Positions 25,111-38,609 of a DNA stretch of 64,000 nucleotides are shown piece by piece (positions within the stretch are counted from its first letter, which is position 1; each line of letters opens with the position of its first letter). The position numbers and the translations under genes are program-made. Under the pieces are notes generated by a model. The model ran no database searches. It was not told where the DNA came from and worked only from the letters and a program-made list of their open reading frames with translations. The DNA comes from Podarcis vaucheri (lineage: Eukaryota), in NCBI GenBank assembly GCA_965113315.1, contig OZ220369.1, one strand, 5' to 3'.

Positions 25111-28100
25111 CCTTTTGTCCCCTGGAACGGCTGGGGTGTGTGTGTGTGTGTGTGTGTGTGTTCCTTCGGCTGCTCATCTGAATATGTGTGTTGTGTGTGT
25201 GTAAAGCAGAAAAGGTGTAGCAGGAGGTATTGAAACAGTACACACTAATAATAATAATAATCACATTTTATTATTACCTTTTAACGGTGCATTTAATTTT
25301 TTTCCATAAAAAATAGTTTTTTTTTTGTTCCCCCCTTTCCCTCCTTCTTTAAGAAATTACATTTTAAGTATTTTCCTTCCCCCCCCCCCCCAGGATAGGA
25401 GCAGCTGTTTCCTTATGGAGAACTGTTCAAAGCATATACCTGTAAGTTTGTTCCTTGCTATTCCGCACTGTAATAATTTCATTTCTCATACAAACATTAT
25501 TAATTCTCAGATAGCTGTTTCAATTCTCTCTTGAATATTTTTGTTGCACAGTATTTATTTTCTATTTTGTTTTTTTGCACCTAAATTTGAAAATAGAACA
25601 TTTCCCTCCTCTGATCTCCTCTCTCTGCTGATCCTGCACATTTAATACTTTGGGTATAATTCATACAAAAATGTAATTCCTTCTTGACAAGGGATTTCAA
25701 GAGATAATTGAAACAGTTTTCTCTAAAAATGTATATATTCTGAAACAAAGTTTAAGACAGTAAAGAATTAAGAAAAATAACTGCATGGAAGCCTTGTTTT
25801 AAATATGCTGACAGGCATCAAACATGTTTCTAAACCCAACATCCTATGAGGAAAAAACATGGAAATAAATTGCAGAGAAAATGAGCCAAATAATTTTGAT
25901 ATTTAAGCTAGTATTTTAGCAAATGTGCCATATATGAATTGGTTTGAATATGTGTGGGATCTCCCAGAGATATATGCATGGTTTAAATATTTGATTCCTT
26001 TCTTAAGGTTCCAATATATTAATTTAGCTGTACACAAATCTGTTACAAATTTTCCTAAAGATGTTTAGAAAATGCTTAAATAGGATAATTATTTAGACCT
26101 CAATTAAATGGATTTTTAAATATAGAAATACAGTGGCATGTGTCTGTCTATTATCTATCTGCCATGTAACCAGCTAGTTCTAAAGTATTGGAAAGCAAAG
26201 AAAAACCAAGTTTAGACACAAAAGGATTTTCTCTCCTGAAATATGGTTGCAAGGAGCTTTTACTTCCTTCTAGGTTGCTTTCTAGATTAGGTGTCCTGCA
26301 TTTTCTTCTTCAAAAGAGTTGGTGCAATTAAGGTTTTTACAGAATGGGGTGCATTGGAGTGGGGGGTTTGTAAAGTATATGCCATGTATCTTGAAGCGGG
26401 GGGGGGGGGGATCCGATCAGTTGTTAGCAACCTGCATTTTTCTCTTATGAATATGAAATTCCTCCTCTTATGAATGAAGCATACAAGGGTCCACTTGAAT
26501 ATGGGTCTGCCTGTCATTTAAAGACCAGGAACTAAAGTATGCAATCGTGCTGTCTTTGCAATATAAAAGCCTCCCCCTCCCACTGCCACCACAATTCCTA
26601 CATCTTTGCTGCTTATGTGAAACAGGTGCTTGCGACCCTACAGAGGGACCCCAATGGGTGCAGGTGCTTTGCCTGCCTTCAACAGGCAGCATGACCTATC
26701 CTGGGCAAGGGACAAAGTGCACATTTCAGGTGGATTGCAATACACAGGCAAGAAAATAGTCCAAAGTAGTGATAGTCTCAAATTTGGTCCTAAACTAGGT
26801 TGTTGGGGTTTTTTTTACAGGGTGAGGATTGGAAGCAATTCTCAAACAATTAGGAAAATATTAAAATGTGTTATGACATATTTTCTAGGCGTGGGGTGGG
26901 ACGGGGAAAGAAGCCACACACAGGGCCAGTTCACCCTCCCCAGGCCCACATCCCCTTGCCTTCCTGGCGACTGTGTGCCTCCACTGGGCTTCAGCAGAGA
27001 GCAGTACATTGACAACAGATTTCAGGGCATGGGGCAGCTTTAGGAATAAATCGGAGGAGGAGACCTGGAGCGCAGAAGCAGGAACTATGTACAGAAGGAA
27101 GCAAGGAGGGAGGGGAGGCTGCCTCCCATGAGCTCCCTGGGTTTTCTTTTCTCCTATTTGTTTTGATTAGCACTAAGAATGCCTCCTCACCCGCTGCAAA
27201 TCAGACCCTTGCAAGGGGCTTAGATGGCAGTTCCCCCCTCCATTTAAAAAGGCTATATTGCACAAAACAGAGAGGGGATGAAGACAAGGGAACAAGGCAA
27301 GCAGCCTGTCAAGCAGATGCATGAAAGATGCAGGTTTTAGCATCACAATGTAGAATGCATTTTGCTTTTATGATTTGAATATGAAAAGCCCCCATTTTGC
27401 TCTCTCTCTGGCCAAACCTTTGGCCTCTCCTGGATTGTCTTCCCCCAAAAAGGAGGGGGGGTTATATATATTTTTTCCTGTGCCTTGCGTTAACAATGGA
27501 AATAGGGAGGAGGGGTGTGTGTGTGTGTGTGTGAAATGACAGAATGAGAGAGGAACACACAATAGGATGACCGTGACTTTGAACAAATAAATAAAACATG
27601 CGACTCTGGTGCTCTCTCTCTCCCCACCCCCCGCCCTGTTCCAACTGTGATTAAATTTGCTGTGGTCATTTCCCAAATGTCTGCCTGATGAAAATAGCAC
27701 CCCTTGCCTTTTCTCACACCGTGGCTTTGAGGTAAGGCCCTTCCTGTGGCTCCCAATCTGCAGCCCTGCCAATCACACCCCCTTGCACAGACATGCATGC
27801 CTCTTTCATTAGCAGAAAATGCTTCACATTTGATTGCATCACCCCCACCCACCCCACCAGCCCCGTAACTCTAACTCGCCTCCCTTAATAAAGCAGCAGA
27901 GCCTCTTCGGCCTCTTGCCGCTCACTGTGCAGCTGTAATGGGGTTTCCTGAATGCCCCCCTGCTCCCCACCCCCAGCTTCCCTGCAAACTGCCTGGTGTG
28001 CAATAGAAAAGAATACATTTTAATAAGCCTTGGGAGGAAGGGGGGAGAGAAAAGAAAAGAAAAATGAGGTTTTGCTCTGCCGTCTTGTTCTTTGGAATAA

Positions 28101-28158
28101 GAGGAAGGTGGGCCCGTTGCAAGGCAGAGAGGGAGGGGGGATTTAATATTGCCAGAGA

Positions 28159-28330
28159 NNNNNNNNNNNNNNNNNNNNNNNNNNNNNNNNNNNNNNNNNN
28201 NNNNNNNNNNNNNNNNNNNNNNNNNNNNNNNNNNNNNNNNNNNNNNNNNNNNNNNNNNNNNNNNNNNNNNNNNNNNNNNNNNNNNNNNNNNNNNNNNNNN
28301 NNNNNNNNNNNNNNNNNNNNNNNNNNNNNN
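28159..28330. other. Assembly gap (172 N)
   Basis: Run of N within GC-rich sequence. Confidence 0.99.
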
Positions 28331-31300
28331 TCGGGGGATGCTCTTTTGAAAAGCCGGGCGAAGGTGACAGGGAAGTGGCCTTTGTCTCCATCAGTTCCGG
28401 GAGCTCGGAGCCGCTTGCCTTCCGCCGGCCTCCCGGCAACATCTCCTCCTTGTGCAGAGACAATCGGGGGAGCCACAGTTTTGCCATTTTGAAGGTTGCT
28501 TAGAATGGGGAGGGGGACAACGGAGGAAGAGAGAACAGCACTTTGCACATCCATGAAATCCTACACGTTAGAGCAGCACTGTTGCCAAAAGAAAAGGACC
28601 CACACATGACAAAATGTGTTGTATGTGAGCTGCTTCTCTGTCCTTTGTCCCCCTTCCTGCCCTCTCCTCTGAACCCCCTTCCATTTTATTTATTTATTTT
28701 TTAGTGTTAGGGTGGCAGAGGGGTGATGCTCACCTAAAGAGACTACGAAATGCAACAGTCGGTATGAGGATGGGCTGCAGAAGGCACCTAAGAAAGAGCA
28801 GGGAACTGCACCGTGCATGAGGGAGAGGGAGAAACGCGGCATCTGTATTGCAGAAGAAAACATGCGGGGCTCGGTTTCCCTTTCCCCTCCTCGTCTTAAT
28901 CAGGGCAAAAAGCGGCCCCGTTTAGACCGAGAGGAGCTGCACAATGCGGACAGCGTGAGAGCAAATCCCCTTTGTGTTTGGTGCTCTGAAGGGACGCTCC
29001 ATTGTTGAGCCCAGGGGCCTCTCGCAAGACCCGGCAGCAGTGCCCCGTTTGGAGCAAAGGCTCGCTGGAGAAGACTCAGCTTGTCCCGCAGTCAGTACAG
29101 GTCCCCCTCCTGCCTCCCTCACCCAAATTTGCTATACCCCATTTTCCTCCCTTTCCCCCATTTATGATCACTCAGTCCTTTGGTGAATGAAATAATTCAG
29201 GGGTCAGAGGGGTCAGGGTGGCCAGCAGCTGAGGGGAATGTACGGAGGCCGCTGTCCGCCTGCCTGCCAGCTCCAGAACCTGGCTGGGATGAGGCTTAAA
29301 TGCCACCGGAGGCAGGTTTTAGGGCTTTTGGCTTAGAACTGGATTGGTCTCAAGTGGAAAAATTACATACTTCCTCTCTCTGATTGCCGGAACATTAATA
29401 TCGGCGCCTAAAGATTTCTGCTCAGATATTTTGCCTCGTCCGCCATCAGTGCCTTGGAGGGTTTTGTTTTGAGATATCTTGTACCGGCACAAATCGACAG
29501 TGATGAAAACCTTGCAATAACGCCGGCTTTTGCTTACAAATTGACAAAAATGTCCCCACCAATCCGCAGTAATTTCCTGCATCTCCATAACTGACCTCAC
29601 GCATTCAGCATCCGAAGAGCTGATTGGTGGGGGTCTTAATGTGAATAATGAAGGACGCAATATTCGGTAGAAGCAGAAAAGGGGGAAGAAAAGGGGAAGG
29701 GGGTGGAGAGAAGAGCACACACACGCACACGTGCAAATATAATTTCCCACTGATTAATAATCGTACCCAGCCTGACATATAATATACCTCGGCGCCATTA
29801 CAGAATCGAAATAAATTTAAAGCAAATTCTCATCTTTTCCCCCCTAAAGCAGGTCATAGGCAATGACAGCTGAGCCAGAACAATCCCCGGTTCTCTGCTT
29901 TACAGCAGTGAAAGGTACCTTTGAATGGATGAGAGTCAGCATCTCTTTTTCTACCTTTAGTGCTGGCCGATCAATGCTTCATTAGGCCAAATTGTCTTTT
30001 ACCCACGCAACCTTGAAAACAGACCCTTTAATTACCTGGGAGGAAGTCGGGGCCATTTGCTTGCTCTCTCTCTCCCTCACTTTCTTCTCTCTCATTCCTC
30101 CTCTCTCTTTTTCTCATTCTCTCTCTCTCCCTCTCCAGCAGTTGCAGAAGGCTCAGGGAAGTGGGGGTGGCTGGGTGGGGGTCACTTACATTTATTCACA
30201 GCCAGCCTGAGTACATCACTGCTTGATAGAGGAGCCGGAAGAAAAGAGAGTGGGGGCAGGGAGTTGTGGGGGAAGAGAGAGAGAGAGGAGTCATATCAGA
30301 CCCTGAGGTGAGAGGGCAGGGGGTTCAAGTCCAGAGACTGCCGCTGCTGCTGCTGCTACAAATGTATGGAGGGGCTCCATTGCGACAACCAGCCAGCCAG
30401 CCAGCCAGGCCTCCTCCTGCCTGGCTTTGTGGCTCTGCAAGGGAGCTGTCCAGGTCCCGCAGCGGCTGCCCCTCCGTCCCAGCCAAGCAGCAGCGAAAGA
30501 GAGGCAGCCAGAAGCAGAAGCAGAAAAGCCCTTTTGGGGAGGGAGCTGGGTGGGGGACACGCCATCTGGAACGGCGTTTCAGCAAATGTAGCAATTTTGG
30601 TCCCAGCAAGGGCTGCAGAACAAAACGTGCCTAAATGCTCTCATTTATTAAGAACAGTTAAATAAAAACCCTCAGGAAAAAGAAGAAATCTTAATTCAAG
30701 GGATTACCTAGCCCATCGAGGGAGGGCACAGAGTATATATTCTGCAGGCGGGGATTTGTGCTGGCCTGATTTTGAAGGAAAATACTTGAATGAAGCCTTT
30801 TGCAGGAGAAACGCCGGCGTGTGTCTGTCTTTCCAGGAGCAGGCTTTGAACCTCGCCCTCCCCAGGCTAGCCTTCTTGGCAACCTGATTATTTAGGGTTT
30901 CAGGGCTCTCTGGCGTCCCAGGAACCCAGCCAGTCCACACCACAGCCCATAATAATGGGAAACTCATTTGATGACATCTCTCTCCCTCCTCCTCAGCATT
31001 CCTGCTGAACCACTGCTTGGCCTTTGCTGGTCCTTTAGCATTTGCCGCTTTTGATAAAATGATGGAGATATCCAAAAGCCCAGAAGGTAGAAGATAAAAC
31101 ATAAAAGGGTGTGTGCAGGAAATAAAAAGAAAAATGGTTGTTGTTACTAGTATTAGTAGTAGTAGCAGCAGCTTAACAATTAATAACCATCACCACAACT
31201 ACTTTAAAAAATATTATTATTGCCATCATCAAAGCAAATAATATATTGTGCATATTTTAATACTGATATTTTGTGATGCTGTTATGCGATGCTGAAAAGT

Positions 31301-32430
31301 GAGGTTTCTCCCCCCTGCACCCGCCATCCCCTCCCAGGGCCTACTGGAGTTTCCTCATTCAGACTTGATATAAAAACTCCACCGATTAAAGGCTGGAGCT
31401 ATGGGCAGATACCTATAGCTATTCGAGCCTGCTGTATAAAAATGAAAATGTGTAATAAAGCCCCCCTTTCACTTTCTCGCCTTCTCTCTCCCCACCCCCC
31501 GCCAGCTTACACAAACAGCCACAACACAGCTGTCACCCGCGCTGTGCAACCCCCCCCCTTGTGTACACCTTGGGCAGAGAAATTGACACACCAACACACA
31601 CACCCCGCCACCCTGGAGCTGAGCGTCCCACGTTAAGACTGATCGGCAATAAATATCCGACCTCCCTAAATCCCATCATTTGGAAGTGATCAGGGGAGCC
31701 GCGCAGCACGGCGAGGGCTCTGCCTAATGAAGGGAGCCGTGTGATGTCATTGCATTAAGCTAAAATAACCACTGAACATGAGAACAAGAGAGATGGGCTG
31801 GCGGGGGGGGGGGGAGAGGCAGAGGGAGAGGCAGCGAAATAGGAGCAGGCATATTACAACTCATGTATGTGGATCACACAGCCAGATTGTGAGCAATCCC
31901 TGCGCTCTAAGTATCTTCTTAGCAGCAAAGCGCGAGGGAGGCAAGGGAGCCAGGAGCCAGCCACTGGGAGAGCGCTCCCCTCCATGCGCTGGGCCAGGGT
32001 GTCAGAGGGCGTGTGAGTGCATTTTTCATTTCTTAGCCTTTATATGGTCTGCCAAACAAATGGGATTAGAGCGATATTTACATGTGTTTGAGTAACTGTG
32101 CTGTGTATTTTTTTTCATCCTGGAGACAAGCAGGCATAACCACAGAGATAGGCGCTCTCTCCTCCTAGATGCGTTGCACGTGTGTGTAAATAAGAGAGGC
32201 TGTGTGGAAATGCCTGTCCATAGGCTGACAGGACGTAGGTGAGATGGGGCAGCAGCTGCCCTCCCCACTCCTTCCGCACAGCTGGTTCATGCCCTCAAGT
32301 GGGGCAGGAGGGAGGGGCGGACAGGAGGCGGACGTGCCCTTTGGTGGGAAAGAAGTCTGGTCTTTGGGGTGTTTCTTCTGATGGATGGGAAAGTGCTGTT
32401 CAAAATGGCAGCCTTTGCCTGACGCGCGTG
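28331..32430. promoter_or_regulatory. Extended CpG-rich, transposon-free promoter/enhancer cluster
   Basis: About 4 kb with high CpG retention and no recognisable TE. Contains purine/pyrimidine tracts, splice-donor motifs and several CNE-like blocks (29330-30040, 31630-31960). Confidence 0.6.
28734..28787 (-). ncRNA. Candidate 54-nt internal exon of a minus-strand transcript
   Basis: Acceptor TTCCCTGCTCTTTCTTAG|G and donor TAG|GTGAGC on the minus strand. No expression evidence. Confidence 0.3.
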
Positions 32431-34393
32431 AGACAAGTCTCTTTCATCTCTGAAGCCCATCCTTCATGGAGGTGCTGCTGCCGGCCGTGGTTTAGATGTG
32501 CCCTTCTACATGTTTGTGTGCTTTATGGGCAGGTGATTCAGCCATGTGTGCACACTGACTGCATAGGTGTGAGATATGTACATGTTCTGTGGGGCCCACA
32601 TTTTATTGAGTCTGGCCCTGTAGTCACTACAGGAAGACCAGGCCAGCAGACTCAGATTCAGGGCTTGGATTGAGCCAGTCAACATAAGGACTTTTTCTGA
32701 AGTTTTGGTGACAGGCCGTTTCAGGCCCTCATTCTCACATTCCTGAGGCTTGTTAGAGACAAGACTTTCTAAGTGCAAAGAGTAGAGGGGCTGAATGCCC
32801 AAAGAGACAAAGCAGCACCCCAGGGCACATTACAGGCCTGCAGAAATGCCAGCTTCTAGAGTGGCTGTCGCTTTTCAAAAATACACTAAGGGTATATATA
32901 AAATACACTAAGGGGCATGGCGCCCCAAACATTGGGAAACAAAAGTTGTAAATGTATGCTTGATTTTTGGGAGTTGGAGTGGGCTGGAGGATGGGAATCG
33001 ACAACCACTGTTATGTTGGTGGGGGAGAGAAACAGAGAGAGAGAGAGAGCTGTGTAGCCAAGCTGCAAAGCTGAGAACAGGCCAGTCATTTTCAGATTTG
33101 TACTGAACTTCTGCTGCTGCCGTTCTGCAACCTTTGCTGTCCAAAAGGATGGGGCTGTTGTGAATGGTCGCATCCTCCTTCCCTCCTGTTTCTGATGCAT
33201 TCGCCCTCGAGAACACCAGAACGGGGCGTACAGTTTCTGAAATGATACCTGGGTTGTGGGGTGAGGCGGCTGTTTCTCTGGTGCTGTCTGCAGGATGAAA
33301 CCCATCCCATGCTGTCCTTGCATCCTCCTTGCAGTTGTGAGATTCATCCTCTGCTCTTGCCTCTCCATCATTAACACCTGCTGGAGCCCCAGCCAGTCCC
33401 ATCACCTGCCGGTGTGGCTGGGTGCAGGCGGCCCGGGAACCATCGTGCAGCATCACCAGCTAAGGTCAGGGCAACTGCCTGCGCTGATGCTACTGCCTCC
33501 TTTTATGGTTTGTGTTATCGAGGAAACCGGAGAAAGCTCCGGCTTTTGATATTTTGACCCACGGTGTTGCTCGCACACTGCCTTGTGGTTTAGAGATTTA
33601 AAGAAATGGGATTGGGTGGAGGGGAGAGAGAGAGAGTTTGCCTTAGGTGATAAACAGCAGTGTAAGGCCAGAGGCTTTATGAGGAATTGAAGGCAGGCGG
33701 GGGTGGGGGTGGGAAGAGCCGAATGCTCTGGGGGGGCTTTCTTTTTATGCAGTAAAATCAGCATTATCAAGAGTAACCAGAGAAAACGAGGAAGAGAAAG
33801 CGAGAGCATAGAACCCTTTTAATACGCCCACGCAGGCACACACCAAATATTTCCTTACACGTCTGCCTACACTTGTACCTCGAAGGGCAGGAAGATCAAG
33901 AAATCATTGATATGCGTACACAGATCCAGGCAAGGAACAGATGCAGTGCTGGATTCAGGACTAGCCAGAGGTTGATTTATAAAGAACAAAATCAGCTCGC
34001 CATCTCAAATCATTCTTCTCATAGTGGGGAGCCATGGGTGGGCACCCAAGGAGGAACACCCACCCACCCACACCCACCAGGGCTTGCACTAGTCAGGAAG
34101 ACCCCTCACTCCTGCATGTGCTGTTGGGTGAATGTGGATGTCAGGGGCAGGGGAGGCCAGAGGTGCAGCCCTTTGCACCATTACTCGGTGGCTTTGTTTG
34201 TTGCCATTTGGGATTGCACCCATCTGCTCCACTCTATCTCCAACCCCACCCCAAATACAACATGCAACCGATGGTTCAGTTCGAACTGGGAGCCTTTTTC
34301 ACCAAAGGGTAGCAGCTGTAACCAGGCTCCCTTCACACCTGCAGTAACACCCAATTAAAAGGCTGGAACAGAGGTAGCTGAGCTCTATATCTT

Positions 34394-34462
34394 TAGAATC
34401 ACAAATTGTAGAGTTGGAAGGGACCACGAGGATCATCTAGTCTAATCCCCTGAAATACAAGA
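34394..34462 (-). mobile_element. CR1-type 3' tail fragment
   Basis: TAGAATCACAAATTGTAGAGTTGGAAGGGACC...CATCTAGTCTAATCCCCTG is the reverse complement of the CR1 terminus type at 49010-49053. Confidence 0.7.
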
Positions 34463-36679
34463 ATCTTTTGCTCAACATGGGGAGATGTGATATTCTCCAA
34501 ACCCCCTCTTCTGGTTTCAAGGAACCAAGTGCTTGGGTGCACCCATCAGCTTCCACACAAAACTGATTCAGTGTGTGAGTTCACACATTCACCAACATCG
34601 CTAGACTCCTCATAATTTGATTATTCAACATGTGCTGAGTGTTGGCTGAATGTGTGCGGTGATTCTACCCATAGACATTTTGTACAGTGCTGGAGGTTAC
34701 TTTAGGTTCTGGATGCCTCATTTGGATGTGCAAGTTGATACTTGAGGGTGTAGCCACCAAGTGACAAATGTGGGTGCATGAACTGACCCAGCAATTCTCT
34801 TACTGCTCTTTCAACCTAACAAGGCGGGTGGCTGTACCAGGCCTGTCAACGATGCCTTTCGAGAAATGTCACATGGTGCCGCCTTTCTTCCTTGGCTTTG
34901 AGCAATTTATTTTTGCTGTTTCTCGGATGTGTCATTCATTGCAAGTTACTCTTCTGTAGTCCAGTGTGAAGCAGGGGTGGGGGGCAAGTAGCAGACCCAG
35001 CAGAACACAGGCAGAGAGGGATGTCCCGGTCCTTGCAAAGCAGAAATGAAGTATTGTTTACATCTGACATGTTGTTTTACAAGTAAAGCTGCTCAACCTG
35101 GCAAGGGAGGGAGGCCAAATGGTCTCCTGGCCTGCAGGAGGGGAAGGGAAGGGTGAGAGATCCCAGAGAGCCTGGGCCAGCCCTCCCCCTCCCCTTCTTT
35201 GGCCCAGCCACCTTTCCTCTCTAGCACTTCTGTCTAATTAATGTAAGGCCTGCTCAGGCACACCGTCCCTCATTGGGCCTGTCACTCGTTTATCATGCGA
35301 CCCCCCTAGCCTTGGGTAATGACCTTGAAAGAATATATCAGCCCACGGTGGCGGGAGTGAAGAATTAAAGTGTTTCTCTGAGTGCTTATGGTCATTGCTG
35401 ACAATTTATATGACACAGCTGCCCTAAGCCGTCCACACTGGCCATGGCAGGGTAATCATTTTCCAGGCAGGGAAGGATTACTGGCCGGACAGGTACTGCC
35501 CATGAGCCTCTGGCCGGCTGGGCTACTGCTGGTGGGGTGGAAGAAAGCAAAGACTCAGGGCCAGGAACAAACAAACTGGGAGGGAGGTGTTGCTGGATCA
35601 AGGGGAAGGAGGCATGTTTGGGCAGGATTGTGAGGATCCCACAAGCAGCTGGGTAGGGTGGCAGATGGAGGAGAATCCAGAGTAAGTTGCCGGGGTAAGA
35701 AGGAAGGAGCTATGTCTGAAGTGCCAAAGGGGAGGGCTTATGCAGAGGTAGGAGCCACTGATTCAGGGGTCTGGGCACTCCAGAATGCACAGCCAAGAAG
35801 CTCCAGATCGCAGGACTCAAGGGATCAGGGTGCTGGGTGTGATGGGGTGATTGCCATCTTGGCAGCAAGAGGCAGCAGTAAACAGACAGCAATACAGCAC
35901 AGAGGATGCTGGCAAGTAACTACTGGGGGGCAGGGGAAGGTCTCCAGCTTCATGAGTTTCCCTTGGGTCAAGGAATAAATGGGGAGAGTATTTCCTTTGA
36001 GAGAACAACACCACTGGACTGAGACTTAGCACAGTCTGCTTTTCAATGGATTGACTAAAAATTACTGACCACATTCCAAGACAGAATTTGGTGCATTTCA
36101 ACCACATCATTGCATGGGACTTAAGTATGCCAGCTGCTGTTCACTCCACTGGATTGCAGAGACTGCCTTTTGTTATTTAATTCATAGGAAATATGTAACA
36201 CAGCTTTTGAATGGCAATATTCTTGTGACGTCCTCTGGCAGTTTTCCCACCACCAAGCAAGGATTTAATTAAACAATTTTGGAAATACTTTGGATTAGGG
36301 TGACTACAATTCTGGTGGTATTTCTGGAAAGAGTGTTTTGCAGATGGCATTATTGGAGACCCCAAGGTGTAATACAGTAGAGTAGTTTTGTTTATTTTAT
36401 GATGAATATTTATTATTAACATTTTTTAATATTTTTTAATTTTAAAAAAATTAAAAGCAGCAATGCTCTTTTTAAGTGTTGTCTTTAATACACAGTACTT
36501 TTACTTCTGCTTATCAGAAGTATATTTACAGTAACAGCTGTGTTGCTAAAAATGTTGAAACTCTCATACAGACACAGGTATTTAATTGATTGACTGACTG
36601 ATTTCTATCCTGCCCTTCCTTCCAAAGTATCTCAGTACAGGAAAAATAAATAAAGATAAAAATAATACTATTTTAAATT

Positions 36680-36710
<31 letters not shown>

Positions 36711-37777
36711 CATATGTATGTGTGTATTAAACATTTGAAAACATTTTTTTAAACCCCTGAAGTCTTTCAGAACATTTGGAACACCTAGAATCAAGCAATC
36801 ACTTACTTCTAATACCTTACAAAACTAAAGACCAAAAAAGTAGCATTTAAAATATCTACAGCCAAAAAGATTATGAAACCCCGATAGACAGTCTGAGAAC
36901 GATGAGATGGGAGCTGAATTTCTGTTTACATTTCTGTGTAAGACTTTTTAACCAATTATTATTAGAAAATATCAAACCAGTGTATATTAAAGAGAAAAGC
37001 AATATATCATAAAGACAAGATAAAAACAATTTCCAAGTGATCAAAATGCCAGCAGTGGAGAAAAATAAAATACGGTACACTGAATTAATATGGGAAGGCC
37101 TGTACGAAAAGAATGCTTCTTTAAGTAGATGCCTACCTCATTTGCATATGTTGAAGAGGTTGCCTGCTTCCTGAGGTCCAAATCCTGTGTATGAGGACAG
37201 CCAGGGAGGCCTTCATGTCCTACTTGTGGTCTTTTTTAGGCTACACACTGTTGGAGGAAGATGCTGGGCAAGATGACTAAGAAGGGAGAGCTCTACATAT
37301 TTTAGGAGTCTAAACCAGGCCAACAGACCCTCCATCTTCACATGCAGGCATACACCACTGATTACCCGATACTGCATTTTACTTTGTCTTGCTGACAACA
37401 TAAGTATTAGACACATACATAGAAGAGAAGGAGGATACATCCATCTGTAATAATTAACCATGACATATAAGTGGAACCTCCATGTTCAGATAACTGGGGC
37501 AGAGGGGCAGCTGGCTCATCTGCTTGTGAGCTTCCCAGAGGGATCTGACTGGTCTCTGTTGGGAGCAGGGGAGTTAGGTCAGATAGGCCCTTGGTCTGCT
37601 CTGACATGGAAACTCTTCTGCTTTACACTAGAAGGAAGGTGGGGGAAAAGGAAAAAATGGTTGAACCCTGCCCAGCTCAACAGTGACTCAGGAAGTTAAA
37701 TAATCTGAATGAGCCAATCAAGAAGAAGTTCCTGTTTCGGCCTAACCACCAGTTGGGAGTAGAAGCAGATGAAGCTA

Positions 37778-37795
37778 CAGTGCCACCTGCTGGCC
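37778..37795 (-). promoter_or_regulatory. CTCF binding motif
   Basis: Minus strand GGCCAGCAGGTGGCACTG closely matches the CTCF core consensus CCASYAGRKGGCRS. Confidence 0.65.
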
Positions 37796-38419
37796 CCGGA
37801 GTAGCAGCAAGGTGGTGGCTGTTGTCAAGTAAATTAGAGGGCTCAGTGGTTCACGCCCTACCCCTGCTCTCACCCCCATTTTGACAGCAGAGACAGGGAA
37901 GGCGGCAGTTGTCTATGAACTTATCAGAGGATAGCGCCTGGTTCAAATTCATTACCAAGCTCCTACATCTCTTAACATGGTGGAACCAGAGCTTCAGTTT
38001 CCAGTTGTGAGACTCGGGCCATTCCTGAAGCTATGCGTGGCTCTCATTCTGTGTGCAATGGCAGCAGCTGCAGATGGATGTGGTAGCAACAGAGGCTTGG
38101 TCTTGCACATGAAGGGGCTGGCAGGAGACACACCTAGGCAACCTTCTCCAGCTGGTCTTTGCTCATTGTCTACCTGGGCCATCATTTATTTCCCCAGGCT
38201 GCCTCTCCTGTCAGGAGGGATACTCAGCTGCAGTGATGTTTCCTGGGCGGAAGGATGCAAAGAGCCTTGGAGATGCCGTTGCCTTTGCAATCAGCCAAAT
38301 GTCATAGTTTGCTGCCATTAATAAATACTTTTTAAAAAACAGCTGGAAGAAGGAGCTGGAGGCTGCCATATCTTTGTCCTCCAAGCATAGCTTTCTGCAG
38401 TGACATCTGCTCTCCTCTG

Positions 38420-38462
38420 AATAATAATAATAATAGTAGTAGTAGCAGCAGCAGCAGCAGCA
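38420..38462. repeat. Compound trinucleotide repeat (AAT)n(AGT)n(AGC)n
   Basis: Seen directly. Confidence 0.9.
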
Positions 38463-38609
38463 ATATTTTTAAATGGTTTATCTTGACAATACCAGGTGCC
38501 TTCCTCCACAGCATTTGTGTGACGGAGCAATGCCTATATATATATATATGTATATATTTATATTGAGCATTCTCTCCCCCCCCACCCGCCACCCACCTCC
38601 GCCTCCCCC

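Noticed and set aside
32908-33549. 182-aa minus ORF and an exon-like + strand segment
   Set aside because: No recognisable protein; the CACCTG E-boxes suggest regulatory or neutral sequence.
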